A model generated the notes under the pieces. That model made no database searches and was not told the DNA's origin. It saw nothing but the letters and a program-made list of their open reading frames with translations. Positions 44,201 through 59,200 of a stretch of 64,000 nt of DNA are shown here, in pieces (position 1 is the stretch's first letter; each line of letters starts with the position of its first letter). Where the stretch lies: positions 160,001 to 224,000 of the forward strand of contig OZ251539.1 of NCBI GenBank assembly GCA_965243135.1. Direction: 5' to 3'. This DNA comes from Alphaproteobacteria bacterium (GTDB lineage Bacteria; Pseudomonadota; Alphaproteobacteria; MPNO01; UBA830). Made by a program: the position numbers and the translations under genes.

Positions 44201-47200
44201 CCGCGGCGCTGGTCTTCACGCGGAGCGGCCAGCGGTCGCCGATCACGTCGATTTCGGAGAACGGCGGCGTGGCTACGGTGTCGGCGCGGTTGAGCGGCGG
44301 CAGTTCGGGCGAGGCGATCACGGTCACGGTGTCCGCGGCGGCGGGGACGAACGCGGCCGCGGGCGATTTCGCGCTGTCGAGCGCGAAGACCCTGACCATC
44401 GCGGCGGGGGCCACGGCGAGCGCGGGCGCGGTGACGCTGAGCGCGGCGAACGACGAGACGGACTCGCCGGACAAGACGGTGACGGTCTCCGGCGCGATCT
44501 CGGGCGGCTGGGGGCTGGTGGCGGACCCGGCGTCCGCGGACCTCGGCATCCTGGACGACGACCCCACGCCGTCGGCGGGGCTGGTCCTGTCGCCGTTCTC
44601 GATTTCGGAGAACGGCGAGGTATCGACGGTGACCGCGAAGCTGTCGAGGCCGTCGACCGAGGCGGCGACCCTCACGGTTTCCGCGTCGCCGGGAGCGAAC
44701 GCGGTCGCCGGCGACTTCGCGTTGAGCGCGGCGAAGACCCTGACCGTCGCGGCGGGGGCCACGGCGAGCGCCGGCGCGGTGACGGTGAGGGCGGTGGACA
44801 ACGACGTTCATGCGCCGGCGGTCAAGCGGGTGACGCTCTCGGCCGCGGTCGCGGGCGGGCGCGGGGCGACGCTGTCGTCGTCCAGCGATCTGCAGATCCG
44901 GGAGGACGACGCGATGCCGACGGTGATCCTGTTGCTGTCGCCGCCTTCGATCCTGGAGAGCGCGGGGGTTTCGTCGGTGACCGCGGCGCTCTCGCGCCCG
45001 TCGAGCGAAGCGGTGACGGTGACGGTGGCGGCGGCGCCGGCGTCGGGGACGGAAACGGTCGCCGGCGACTTCGCGTTGAGCGCGGCGAAGACCCTGACCG
45101 TCGCGGCGGGAGACACGGCGAGCGTCGGGGACGTGACCGTGACCGCGGTGGACAACGCCGCCGACACGGTGAGCCGGCAGGTCACGGTGTCGGGGACGGC
45201 GTCGGGAGGAAACGGCGTTCTGGCGAACCCGGCGGACGCGGAACTGACCATCGTGGACGACGACGGCGGGTCGGTGGTGGCGTTGTCGCTGTCGCGGTCG
45301 TCGATTTCGGAGACCGGCGGAGTGGCGACGGTGACCGCGGTGTTGAGCCCGGTGATGAACGACCCGGTGACGGTGACGGTGACGGCGGCGCCGGGGACGG
45401 GCGCGGACGCGGGCGATTTCGCGCTCGGCGCGGCGACGACCCTCACCTTCGCGTCGGCGACGGGGACGAGCGCCGGCACGGTCACCATCTCGGCGGCGAA
45501 CGACGCCGCGGACGAGCCGGACCAGGCGGTGACCGTCTCGGGAACCGCGGCGAGCCGCGGCGACGTATCGGACCCGCGCCCCGTGACCCTCACCGTCGTG
45601 GACGACGACAACCCGCCGGTGATGTCGATCTCCTCGCCGAGCGTGGCCGAGGGGGCCGCGGGCTCCGCGTCCGCGCTCTCCTTCGAGGTGACGCTGGACG
45701 CCGCCAGCGGCCGGCAGGTGGCGGCGAACTGGAGGGAGCGGACGGACCTGGGCGGCACGGCGACGGCGGGGGCGGACTACGTCGCGCCGGCGGGCGGGCG
45801 GCTGACCTTCGCGGCGGGGGAGACGAGCAAGACCGTCACGGTGACGGTGACGGGCGACGACGTCCACGAGCCCGACGAGACGGTGAAGGTGGGCGTTACG
45901 CCGTTGTCCCCCTTGCACCTGACGCTGGGAACGGCGGCGGTGGGGACCGGGACCATCGTCGACGACGAGACGCTGCCGACGGCGGCGCTGAAGCTCGCGC
46001 CGGCGTCGATTTCGGAGAACGGCGGGGTTTCGACGGTGACGGCGACGCTCTCCGGCAAGTCGAGCGCGGCGGTGACCCTGACGGTCGCGGCGGCGCCGGG
46101 GACGGGCGCGACGGGCGGCGACTTCGCGCTGAGCGCGGCGAGGACCCTGACCATCGCGGCGGGTTCGACGGCGAGCGCCGGCGCGGTGACCGTCGCCGCG
46201 GCGGACGACGACGCGGATTCGCCGGACAAGTCGGTGACCGTCTCGGCGACCGCGGCGGGCGGCAACGGGGTGGCGGCGCCGGCGGACGCGACCCTGACCC
46301 TGACCGACGACGAGGCGGCGCCGACGGTGACGCTGGCGCTGTCGCGGACGAGCGTCGAGGAGGATCCGAACGCGGCGGCGAGCGAGCGGCGGGCCGCGGT
46401 GACGGCGACGCTCTCCGGCAAGTCGAGCGCGGCGGTGACGGTCACCGTGTCGGCGGCGGCGGACGTCAACGCCGCGGCCGACGACTTCTCCCTGTCGAGC
46501 CCGGCGACGCTGACCATCGCGGCGGGTTCGACGGCGAGCGCCGGCGCGGTGACCGTCGCCGCGGTGGACGACGTCGTCGACTCGGTGGTCGATACGTCCG
46601 TGGCGGGCAAGCGGGTGGCGGTGTCCGGGACCGCGTCGGGCGGCGGGATCGCGGATCCGGCGGGCGTCCTGCATCTGCTGATCGTCGAGGACGACGACGC
46701 GGGATTGACGGTGGATCCGGCGTTTCCCGCCGGCCGGCCCTGGCTCGTGGTGGACGAGGGCGACGGCGCGGTCTTCACGGTGCGGCTGGACAGCGAACCG
46801 ACGGAGGACGTGACCGTGGCGGTCGCCAGCACCGACGCGGCCCAGGGCGCGGTGTCGCCGGAGGCGCTGACCTTCACCGCGGCGAACTGGAACGCGGCGC
46901 AGACCGTGACCCTGACCGGGGTGGAAGACCAAGCGGTGGACGGCGACGGCGATTACCGGGTGACGCTGGACCCGGACGCGGCGGGCGACGGGACGGACGC
47001 CTACGACGGGGTGGCGGCGATCGGCGCGCCGGTGAAGACCACGGACGACGACGCGGCGGGGCTCGTGGCGTCGGCGAGCGCGGTGACGGTGACGGAGGGC
47101 GGGGCGGATGCGGCCTTCACGGTGAAGTTGGCCAGCAAGCCGGAAGCGGACGTGACGGTGACCGCGACGAGCGCGGACGGCGGCGACGCGCGGGTCGCCG

Positions 47201-50200
47201 CCGGGGCGGCCTTGAGCTTCGCGGGCATGCAGATCCTGACCTTCACCGCCGACGACTGGAGCGCGGCGCAGACGGTGACCGTGCGGGCGGTGGACGACGC
47301 CGTGGACGAGGCCGACCGCGAGCCGGTCGCGATCGCCCTGGATCCGGCGAGCGCGGGCGATAGCCTGTACGACGGCCTGGCGGACGAGATCGTGACCGCG
47401 ACGGTGATCGACGACGACGCGGCGCCGACGGCGGCCCTGGCCCTGTCGGCCGCGTCGATTTCCGAGTCGGGCGGCGTGGCGACGGTGACCGCGACGCTTT
47501 CCGGCCCGTCGAGCGCCGCGGTGACCCTCACGGTGTCCGCGTCGGCGGTGTCGTCGTCGGACGCGGAGGACGCGGACTTCGCGCTGAGCGCGGCGAGGAC
47601 CCTGACCATCGCGGCGGGTTCGACCGCGAGCGCGGGCGTCGTGACCGTCGCGGCGGTGGACAACGACGCGCACGCGCCGGACGAGGACCGGAAGGTGGCG
47701 GTCTCGGCCACGGTCGCGGGAGGGCGCGGGGCGGTGGCGGCGCCCGCGGACGAAACCTTGACCCTGACCGACGACGAGACGCTGCCGGAGGCGGCGCTGG
47801 CGCTGTCGATGAACCCGATCTCCGAGAACGGCGGCATCGCGACGGTGACCGCGACCCTGTCCGGCAAGTCCGGCGAGGCGGTGACGATCACGGTGGCGGC
47901 CGTGGCGGGGATCAACGCGGACGCGGACGACTTCGCGCTGAGCGCGGCGAGGACCCTGACCATCGCGGCGGGTTCGACGGCGAGCGCGGGGACGGTGACG
48001 ATCGTGGCGATCGACGACGCGACGGCGGGGCCGGGCAAGCAGGTGACCGTCTCGGGAACGGCCGCGGGCGGCAACGGGGTGGCGGCCCCGGACGACGTGA
48101 TCCTCGCCCTCACGGACGACGACGGCGTGCCCCAGGTGGTGCTGGCGCTCTCGCCCGCCGCCATCGACGAGAGCGGCGCCGGCAACGTCGCGACGGTGAC
48201 CGCGACGTTGAGCGAGACGGCGCGCTCGGCGGTGACCGTCACGGTGTCCGCGGCGGCGGTGGCCGCCTCGGGCGCGGAGGACGCCGACTTCGACCTGAGT
48301 CCGGCCCCGACGCTGATCATCGCGGCGGGTTCGACGGCGAGCGCGGGGACGGTGACGATCGCCGCGGCGGACAACGACGTGGACGCGCCGGACAAGCGGG
48401 TGAAGGTGTCGGGAACCGCGGCGAGCGACCGGACCGTCGAGCAGCCCGTGGACGTGACCCTGACCATCGCCGACGACGACCCGACGCCGACGGCGACCTT
48501 GGCGCTCGGACCGTCGTCGATTTCGGAGTCGGGCGGGGTGTCGACGGTGACGGCGGCGTTGAGCGGGGCGTCGGCCGCGGACACGACGATCACGGTGTCC
48601 GCGGCGGCGGTGGCCGCGTCGGGCGCGGCGAACGACGACTTCATGCTGAGTCCGGCGACGACCCTGACCATCGCGGCGGGTTCGACGGAGAGCGTCGGCG
48701 CGGTCACGGTGACGGCGAAGGGCAACGCCGTGGACGCGCCGGACAAGCAGGTGAAGGTGTTGGGGGCGGCGTCCAATTCCCACGGGGTCGCCGCGCCCTC
48801 CGAAGAGACGCTGACCGTCGTCGACGACGACGACCCGCCGACGGCGACGCTGGCGCTGTCGAGGACGGTCCTCGAGGAGGACTCGAATGCCGCGGCGGAC
48901 CGGCGGAGCGCGACGGTGACGGCGACCCTGAACCATCCCTCGCACGCGGCGGTGACCGTCACCGTGTCCGCGGCGGCGGGCGCCAACGCGGACGCGGACG
49001 ACTTCGCGCTGAGCGCCAACAGGACGCTGGCGGTGGCGGCGGGGCGGACCGTCAGCACCGGCACGGTGACGATCACGGCGGTGGACGACGCCGTCGACTC
49101 GACGGTCGCCGACAACGCCGCGCGCAAGCGGGTGATCGTGTCGGGCGCGTCCAGCGGGGCCGCGGATCCGGCCGTCGGAGTGGCGCACCCGGCGGACGCG
49201 GCCCTGGCCATCGTCGAGGACGACGACGCCGGCCTGGTGCTCGACCCGGCGCTTCCGGCGAACGCGAGCGATCCGTGGATCACGGCGGCCGAGGGCGGGA
49301 CCGCGGCCTTCGCGGTGAAACTGGCGACCGAGCCGACGGGGAACGTGACGGTCAAGGCCGCGAGCGGCGACGCCGGCGAGGGGACGCTGTCCTCGGGCGC
49401 CGGGACGCCGGCGGCCTCGACGACGCTGACGTTCACCGCCTCGAACTGGAACGCGGCGCAGACGGTGACGCTGACCGGCGTGACCGACGACACGGTGGAC
49501 GGCGACGTGGACTACGACTTGACCCTGGACCCGGACGGAGAATCCACGGACGCCTATCGCAACGCCGCTACGGTCGCCGCGAAGGCGCGGACGACGAACG
49601 CGGACGCGGCGGGGCTCGCGCTGTCGAGGACCGCGGTGACGGTGGCCGAGGGCGGGGACGGCGAGGCGTTCACGGTGGCGCTGGCGAAGCGTCCGCTGGC
49701 GGACGTGACGGTGACGGTGAAGACGGCGCGGAGCGAAGATGCCGGCCAGGTGGAGGTCGCGGCGGGAGGCGGCTTCGCGGCGTCGCGGACCCTGACTTTC
49801 ACCAACGGCGACTGGAGCGCCGCGCGGACGGTGACCGTGAAGGCGGTGGACGATGCGGTGGACGAGCCGGACGGCGACGTCGCCCTGGCGCTGGTGACGG
49901 AGAGCGCGGGCGCGGCGCCCTACGAAGCGCTCGCCCCCGTGACCGTGACGGCCAGGGTGAACGACGACGACGCGACCCCCACGGCGACGCTGGCGCTTAC
50001 GCCGTCGGCGATTTCGGAGGACGGCGGGGTTTCGACGGTGACGGCGACGCTGTCGGGCGCGGCGAGCGATCCGGTGACCGTCACGGTGTCGGCGGCGCCG
50101 GGCGCGGGGACGGACTTCACGCTGAGCGCGGCCAACGCCCTGACCATCGCGGCGGGTTCGACGACGAGCGCGGGGGACGTGACGATCGCGGCGACGAACA

Positions 50201-53200
50201 AGGATGCGACGGCGACCGCGAACCGAAGCGTGACGGTTTCCGGGACCGCGGCGGGCGAAAACGGGGTGGCGAACCCGCCGGACGCGACGCTGACGATCTT
50301 CGACGACGACGGGGACCCGAAAGTGTCGCTGGTGCTGTCGTCGTCGTCGATTTCGGAGTCGGGCGGGGCGGCGACGGTGACGGCGGTGCTGAACCGCGCC
50401 GTCCCCGGCGCGGCGGTGACGGTCACGGTGTCCGCGGCGGCGGGGACCGGCGCCGCGGACGGCGACTTCAGCCTGTCGAACCCGGCGACGCTGACCATCG
50501 CGGCGGGAGCCACGGCGAGCGCGGGGGCGGTGACGGTGACGGCCGTGGACAACGACGTCGATTCGCCGAACAAGCAGGTCGAGGTTTCGGGCCAGGCGGC
50601 CAGCTCGGCGACGGTCTCCGGCCCCGACGCGGCGGCTCTCGCGCTGGTCGACGACGACCCGACGCCGGCGGCGACGCTGGCGTTGTCGCCGTCGTCGATC
50701 TCGGAGTCGGGCGGGGCGGCGACGGTGACCGCGACGCTGTCCGGCGCGTCGAGCGAAGCGGTGACGTTGACGGTGGCGGCCGCGCCGGGGGCGGGCGCGG
50801 CCGGGGCGGACTTCGCGTTGAGCGCGGCGAAGACGCTGACCATCGCGGCGGGTTCGACGGCGAGCGCCGGCGCGGTGACGGTGACCGCGAACGGCAACGA
50901 CGTGGATTCGCCGGACAAGTCGGTGACGGTCTCCGCGACCGCGGCGGGCGGCAACGGGGTGGCGGACCCGCGCGGCGCGGCCTTGACGCTGGCCGACGAC
51001 GACCCGACGCCGACGGTGACGCTGGCGCTGTCGGACTCGTCGATTTCGGAGAACGGCGGCGTATCCACGGTGACCGCGACGTTGTCGGGCGCGTCGAGCG
51101 CGGCGACGACGGTGACGGTTTCGGCGGCGCCGGCCGGCGCCGTGACGCTGAGTCCCAACCGGGCGCTGGTCATCGCCGCCGGGGCCACGGCCAGCACGGG
51201 TCTGGTGACGGCGACGGCGGTGGACAACCGGGCGGTGGAGCCGGCCAGGGAGGTGACGGTTTCGGGCGCGTCCGCGGGCGGCAACGGGGCGGCGGACCCG
51301 GCGGACGCGACGCTGACCGTCACCGACGACGACGCCCCGCGGGTGACGCTGGCGCTGTCGCCGCCGTCGATTTCGGAGGGCGGCGTTGCCACGGTGACCG
51401 CGACGCTCGACAAGACCTCCACCGCGGCGGTGACGGTCACGGTGTCCGCGTCCGCGGGGGCGGACACGGACGGCGCGGACTTCGCCCTGAGCGCGGCGAA
51501 CACGCTCACCGTCGCGGCGGGTTCGACGGCCAGCGCCGGCGCGGTGACGGTGACCGCGGTGCAGGACGCCCTGGACGAGGCGGACGGGGCGGTGACGGTG
51601 ACGGGCCGGGTGGACAGCAGCGTGCGGGAGATCTCCGACCCGGCCGCCGCGACGCTGGCGATCGCCGACGACGACGCGGCGCCGGCGCTGTCGATCTCCT
51701 CGCCGACGGCGGCGGAGGGGAGTTCGGGCGGGGAGACGAGGACGGCGCTTTCGTTCGAGGTAACGCTGTCGGCGGCGAGCGGGCGGGAGGTGAAGGTGAA
51801 CTTCGCCGACGTCGTCTCCGGGGCGGGGGCCGGCACGGCGGCGGCGAGTTACGATTATACGGCGCTGTCGTCGGGGGCGCTGACGCTGACCATCGCGGAG
51901 GGCGCGACCGCGGCGACCGCGGGGACGCTGACCTTCGCGGCCGGCGAGACCAGCAAGACCCTGGACGCGGCGGTGGTCGCCGACAAGATCAACGAGCCGG
52001 ACGAGACCGTGAAGCTGACGCTTTCCGGCGCGGTGAACGCGACCCTGGCGACCGCGACCGGGACCGGAACCATTACCGACGACGACGACCCGCCGACGCT
52101 GGGCTTCGAGAACACGGCGCTGCGCGAGACCGAGGGCGACGACATGAACGTTCCGCCGGCCAGCGCGCAGGCCAGCGTCTGCGCGGTTCTAAACGAGCCG
52201 ACCGGCTATGGCCGGGTCGGCGCGAAGCTCTCGACCAGCGACGGCACGGCGGCCGCAGGGGCGGACTACAAGGCCATCGTGTCGCAAGACACCGGCTTCC
52301 CCCAGACCCAGGGCGGTCTGGCCGGCGACACCGCCACCTCGCGTCAATGCAGCTCGGTCGAGTGGGTAAAGGACGAGCTGGACGAGCACGACGAGACCTT
52401 CGTCGTCACCCTGCACAACCTGACGGGCCGCGCGACTCTGGCGCCGAACAGGGCCGCCGCGACGCTCACCATCGTCGACGACGACGACGCGCCGACCCTG
52501 TCGCTGGCGCTGTCGGACCCGATTTCGGGCCAGCCGAACACCATCAAGGAGCTGGCCGCGGCGCCCTCCGCCGAGCGCATGGCCACGGTGACCGCCAGCC
52601 TGAGCGCGGTATCGGGGGCGGCGGTGACGGTGACGGTTCAGGCGGCGCCGGGAACCAATGCGGCGGCGGACGATTTCACGCTTTCCGCCAACACGAAGCT
52701 GACCATTGCGGCCGGCGCCACCGCCAGCACCGGCGTGGTGACGATTACGGCGGTGGACGACCGCATCGACTCCATCGTGGACAGCACCGTCGCCGGCAAG
52801 AAGGTAACGCTTTCGGCCAGCGTGGCCGGGACGGCGAGCCAGATGGCGGCGGCGACCGATTCCCAGGGGAATCCGACGGCGGTGGCGGAGCTGCTGATCT
52901 GGGAGGACGACCGCGCCGCCCTGGTGACCGACCCGGCCTTCCCGCGCTGCCGCCGGTCGCCGTGCCCGGTGTGGATCGACGTGGACGAGGGGGCGAGCGA
53001 GACCTTCACCGTGAAGCTGAACAGCCGGCCGACCACGAACGTCACGGTGGCGGTCAAAAGCAGCGATGCGGACGAAGGGCTGGTGTCTTCGGGCGCCGGC
53101 GCGGCGGCGGCATCGACCAGGCTGACCTTCACGGCGGCGAACTGGGCGACGGCGCAGACGGTGACCCTGCACGGCGTGGCCGACAACGTGGTGGACGGCG

Positions 53201-56200
53201 ACGGCGACTACACCATCCGCCTGTTCCCGGACACCCCGGACGAGGCGACGGATGCTTATCACGTCATAGGCGGTGCGAGCGTGCGCCCGCAGACCGTGCG
53301 GACGACCAACGTGGATGCGGCCGGGCTGACGGTATCGAAGAGCGCGGTGACGGTGACCGAGGGCGGGGCCGGCGAGGCGTTCACGGTGAAGCTGGCGAGC
53401 AAGCCGGCGGGGGCCGTGACCGTGACCGCCGCCAGCGCCGCCGCCGACGAGGCGCGGCTGAGCGTGGGCGTGGGCCCTACGGAGGGATCGAAGGATCTGG
53501 TCTTCACGCCTGGCAACTGGAACCAGCCGCGGCAGTTGACCGTGAAGGCGGTGGACGACACGACGGACGAGGCCGACGGCGAAGAGGTCGTCATCACCCT
53601 GGACCCGAAGAGCGCGGACGATGCCGATTACGGCGCCGCCGGCCTCGCGAACGGGACCGTGACCGCGACCGTGAACGACAACGACGACGCGCCGACGGTG
53701 ACGCTGGCGGCGTCGCCGTCGTCGATTTCCGAGAGCGGCGGCGAGGCCACGGTGACCGCGACTCTCTCCGGCGCATCGGCCGAGCCGACCACGGTGACGG
53801 TGACGGGAGTCTCCGGCTTCTACGCCGCGGGTTCGGACGCGACCATCGTGATCGCGGCGGGGCAGACGGCGAACGCCGCCGATACGGCCACGGTGGATGC
53901 GGTGGACGACGACGTCCACCAGGGCAGCGCCGGGCGTTCGACGACGGTGACCGCGACGGTCGGGAACGGCGTGGGCGCCGGCGCGGTGACCGGGGCGGCG
54001 CTGATCCTGACCGACGACGAGGCGGCGCCGGGGGCGACGCTCTCCCTGTCGGACGCCTCGATTCCCGAGAACGGCGGGACGTCGGCGGTGAGCGCGACGC
54101 TCTCCCGCGCGTCGGCCGCGGCCACGACGGTGACCGTTACGGCGGTGGCGGGGGCCTACACGGTGGGTTCGGACGCCACCATCGTGATCGCCGCCGGGGA
54201 CACGACGGCCGCCTCCGACACGGCGGCGATCGCCGCGGTGGACAACGCGACGGACGAGGCGGACCGGAAGGCGACGGTGACGGGCACGCTCGCCAACGGC
54301 CTGGGCGCGGGCGCGGTGACCGGGGCGGAGCTGACGCTGGAGGACGACGACGCGGCGCCGACGCCGATCATGTCGATATCGCCGTCGTCGTCGCCGATTT
54401 CCGAGAACGGCGGGACGGCGACGGTGAGCCTGACCCTCTCGCACCCGTCCAGCGCGGCGACCACGTTGACGGTGGCGGCGTCCGCGGGGGTCTACACGGT
54501 GGCTTCGGGGGCGGGGGGCGCCATCGTCATCGCCGCCGGCGAGACGGCGAACGCCTCGGACACGGTGGTGATTACCGCGGTGGACAACGACGTGGACGCG
54601 GACACCCGGACGGTATCGCTGCGCGCCACGCTGGTGAACGATCAAGGCCTGTCGCTCACGAGTCTGAGCGCGGGGATCGAATTCGCCGACGACGACACCG
54701 CGGGGGTCTCGGTCGCGCCGGCGACGTCGACGTCGTCGCGGCTGCAAACGACGGAGGCGGGCGGTCAGGCGACCTTCGCGGTGACGCTGGACACCGAGCC
54801 GACGGGCGACGTGGTGCTCGGCGTCGCGAGCTCGGACACGACGGAAGGCACGGCGTCGCCGTCGTCGCTGACCTTCACGGCGACGACCTGGAACGCCGCG
54901 CAGACGGTGACCCTGACCGGCCAGGACGATGCTCCCGCCAACCCCACCGACGGCAGCCAGGACTACTCGGTCACCCTGACGGTGAACCAGACCAGCACGG
55001 CGGACGCCAACTACGACGCGCTTTCGGCCGTCACCGTGTACGCCGCCAACCGCGACGACGATTTGGGCCTGGACGTGGGCGCGGTGGCCGGCCAGGCGAC
55101 CGAGGCGGGCGGGACGGCCACCTTCACCGTGGCGCTGCTGTCCCAGCCGTCGGCCGCGGTGACGATCTCGGTGCAGAGCCGGGATACCGGCGAAGGGCTG
55201 GTGTCCACGGGCGGCGGTGCGCCGGCGTCCTCGACGACGCTGACCTTCGCGACGGGGGCCTGGAACGTCGACCAGACGGTGACGGTGACCGGCCAGGACG
55301 ACGCCGTCCACGACGGCGCGGCGACCTGGACGGTGCGCCTCGACCCGGCGAGCGGCGACCCCGGCTACAACGGACTCGCGGACGAGGACGTGTCGGTGTC
55401 CACCACAGACGACGAGGATCCGCCGACGGTGAAGCTGGCGCTGTCGCCGTCGTCGATTTCGGAGAACGGCGGCGAGGCCACGGTGACCGCGACCCTCTCC
55501 GGCGCATCGGCCGAGCCGACCACGGTGACGGTGACGGGAGTCTCCGGCTTCTACGCCGCGGGTTCGGACGCGGCCATCGTCATCGCGGCGGGGCAGACGG
55601 CGAACGCCGCCGATACGGCCACGGTGGCGGCGGTGGACGACGACGTCCACCAGGGCGCGGCCGGGCGCGGGACGACGGTGACCGCGACGGTCGGGAACGG
55701 CGTGGGCGTCGGCGCCGTGACCGGGGCGGCGCTCACCCTGACCGACGACGAGGCGGCGCCGGGGGCGACGCTTTCCCTGTCGGACGCCTCGATTTCCGAG
55801 AACGGCGGGACGTCGGCGGTGAGCGCGACGCTCTCCCGCGCGTCGGCCGCGGCGACGACGGTGACGGTGACGGCGGCGGCGGGAGCCTACGCGGTGGGTG
55901 CGGACGCGACCATCGTCATCGCCGCCGGGGACACGACGGCCGCCTCGGACACGGCGGCGATCATCGCGGTGGACAACGCGACGGACGAGGCGGATCGGAC
56001 GGCCACGGTGACGGGCACGCTCGCCAACGACCTGGGCGTGGGCGCGGTGACCGGGGTGGAGCTGACGCTGGAGGACGACGACGCCGCGCCGACGGCGACG
56101 CTGTCGGTGGCGGCGCCCTCGATTTCGGAGGACGGCGGGACGACCGCGGTGAGCGCGACGCTGAACCGCCCGTCGAGCGCGGCGACGACGGTGACGGTGA

Positions 56201-59200
56201 CGGCGGCGGCGGGGGCCTACACGGTGGATTCGGGGGCGGGGGCCACCATCGTGATCGCTGCGGGGCAGACCGCGAACGTCTCGGACACGGCGACGATCAC
56301 CGCGGTGGACAATGACGTGGACGCGGCGGACAACGCGGTGACGGTGGCGGGCGCGGCCACGAACGACCAGGCCGCGGCCGATACGGAGACGGTGTCCGTG
56401 ACCGGGGCGTCGCTGACCATCACCGACGACGACGCGGCGGGGGTCGCGGTCTCGCCCGCGACGTCGACCTCGTCGCGGCTGCGGACGACGGAGGCGGGCG
56501 ACCGGGCGACGTTCACGGTGACGCTGGAGAGCGAGCCGACGGGGAACGTGGTGCTCGACGTCGCGAGCTCGGACACGGCCCAGGGCACGGCGTTTCCGTC
56601 GTCGCTGGTCTTCACGGCGCTGAACTGGAGCACTGCGCAGACGGTTACCCTGACCGGCGTGGACGACAGCCCCGGCGCGGCCGACGGCAGCCAGACCTAC
56701 GAGGTCACGCTGACGATGAACCAGACGAGCACCGCGGACGCCAATTACGACGCGCTCTCCGCACTCACCGTGTACGCGGTCAATGCGGACGACGAGTTCG
56801 GCCTGAACGTGGGGACGGTATCCGGCCAGGCGACCGAGGCGGGCGGCCAGGCGACCTTCCCGGTGAAGTTGCTGACCCAGCCGACCGAGGCGGTGACGGT
56901 ATCCGTCTCCAGTCTGGACCCCGGCGAGGGCATGGCGTCGCCGTCGTCGCTGACCTTCGGGACGACGAACTGGGACACGGCGCAGACGGTGACGGTGATC
57001 GGCGCGAACGACGACGTCGACGACGGCGACGCGAGCTGGCAGGTGCGGCTGGACCCGGCCAGCGGCGACGTCGACTACAACGGCCTCGCGAACGTGGACG
57101 TATTGGTGAGCACGACCGACGACGACGGCGCGCCGGCGGTGACGCTGGCGCTGTCGCCTTCGAGCATCGACGAGAGCGGGACGGCCAATACGGCCGCGGT
57201 GCGGGCGACCCTCTCGCGCGCCTCGGGCGCGGCGACGACGGTGACGGTGACGGCGGTTCCGGGCTTCTACGCGGTGGGTTCGGACGCGACCATCGTGATA
57301 GCCGCCGGGGATACGGCGGCCGCCTCCGACACGGCGGCAATCACGGCGGTGGACAACGACGTCGACGAGCCCGACCGGACGCCGACGGTGACGGCGACGG
57401 TGGCGAACGACCGGGCCGCCGCCGATGCCGCGACCATGGCCGTCACCGGCGCGACGCTGACGATCCGCGACGACGACGCGGCGCCGAACGTCACGCTGTC
57501 GCTGAGCCCGGCGTCGATCGCCGAGAACGGCGGGACGTCGGCGGTGCGGGCGACGCTCTCGCGGGCGTCGAGCGCGGCGACGACGGTGACGGTGACGGCG
57601 GTTCCGGGCTTCTACGCGGTGGGTCCGGACGCGACCATCGTGATTGCCGCCGGCGACACGACGGCGACCAGCGACACGGTGACCATTACCGCCGTGAACA
57701 ACGACATCGACGAGCCCAACCGGACGGCGACGGTGACCGCGACGGTGGGCAACGGCCAGGGCGCGGGCAGCGTGACCGGGGCCACGTTGACCTTGACCGA
57801 CGACGAGACGCTGCCGACGGCGACGCTGGAGCTGAACCCGGCGTCGATTTCGGAGAACGGCGGGGTTTCGACGGTGACCGCGCGCCTGACCGGCAAGTCG
57901 AGCGCGGCGGTGACGATCACGGTGGCGGCGGCGGCGGGAACGGGGGCGTCGTCGGCGGACTTCGCGCAGAGCGGCGCGACGCTGACCGTCGCGGCGGGGG
58001 CCACCGCGAGCGCGGGCAGGGTGACGGTGACGGCCAACGACAACGACGCGGCCTCGGGCAGCAAGCAGGTGACGGTGTCGGCGACGGCCGTCGGCGGCAA
58101 CGGGGTGGCGGATCCGGCGGATGCGACGCTGACGGTGACCGACGACGACGCGCCGCAGCCGACGCTGCATCTGTCGTCGTCGTCGATCGGGGAGAACGGC
58201 GGCGCGACCACGGTGACGGCGACGCTGGACCGGGTGTCCACCGTGGCGGTGACGGTGACGATTTCGGCTTCGCCCGGCTCGGGGACGGACTTCACGCTGA
58301 GTTCGGCGAAGACGCTGACCTTCGCGGCCACCTCCACCGTCAGCGCCGGCGTGGTGACGATCACGGCGAGCGACAACGATACGGATGCGCCGGACAAGAC
58401 GGTGACGGTATCCGGCACGTCGTCCGACAGCCTGGGCCTCGCCAACGACCCGTCCTCGGTGACGCTGGCCATCGCCGACGACGACGCGGCCCCGGGGGTG
58501 ACGCTCTCCCTGTCGGACGCCTCGATCGCCGAGAACGGCGGGACGTCGGCGGTGTCGGCGGCGCTCTCCCATCCGTCGAGCGCGGCGACCACGGTGACGG
58601 TCACGGCGGTTTCGGGGGCCTTCACGGTCCCTTCGGGCGCGGCCGGCTACATCGTGATCGCGGCCGGCGACACGACGGCGGCCTCGGACACGGTGACGGT
58701 CACGGCGGTGAACAACGACGTGGACGAGCCGAACCGGATGGCGACGGTGACCGCGACGGCGGCGAACGACCAAGGCGCCGGCGGCGTCACCGGCGCCACG
58801 CTGACCCTGGAGGACGACGAGGCGGCGCCGACGGTGACCCTGTCGGTGAACCCGGGGTCGATTTCGGAGAACGGCGGGACGGCGACGGTGCGCGCGACGC
58901 TCTCGCACCCTTCCAGCCAGCCGACCACGGTGACGGTGACGGCGCAGGCGAACGCCTACACGGTGGAGTCGGGGGCGGGCGGGACCATCGTCATCGCGGC
59001 GGGGCAGACGGTGAACGCCTCGGACACGGCGACCGTTACCGCGGTGGACAACGACGTGGACGCGGCGGACAACGCGGCGACGGTGACGGGAACGGCCGCC
59101 AACGGCCACGGCGTGACGGCGACCGCGACCGGCGCGTCGCTGACCATCACCGACGACGACGCGGCGGGGATCGAGATGGATCCGGCGACGACGACGACAT

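Noticed and set aside
24439-49188. 8249-aa minus-strand ORF (also 52189-60726 and 60886-63504)
   Set aside because: Exact antisense frame of the giant gene. It stays open only because TTA/CTA/TCA codons are almost unused there, and the Arg-rich translation is not protein-like.
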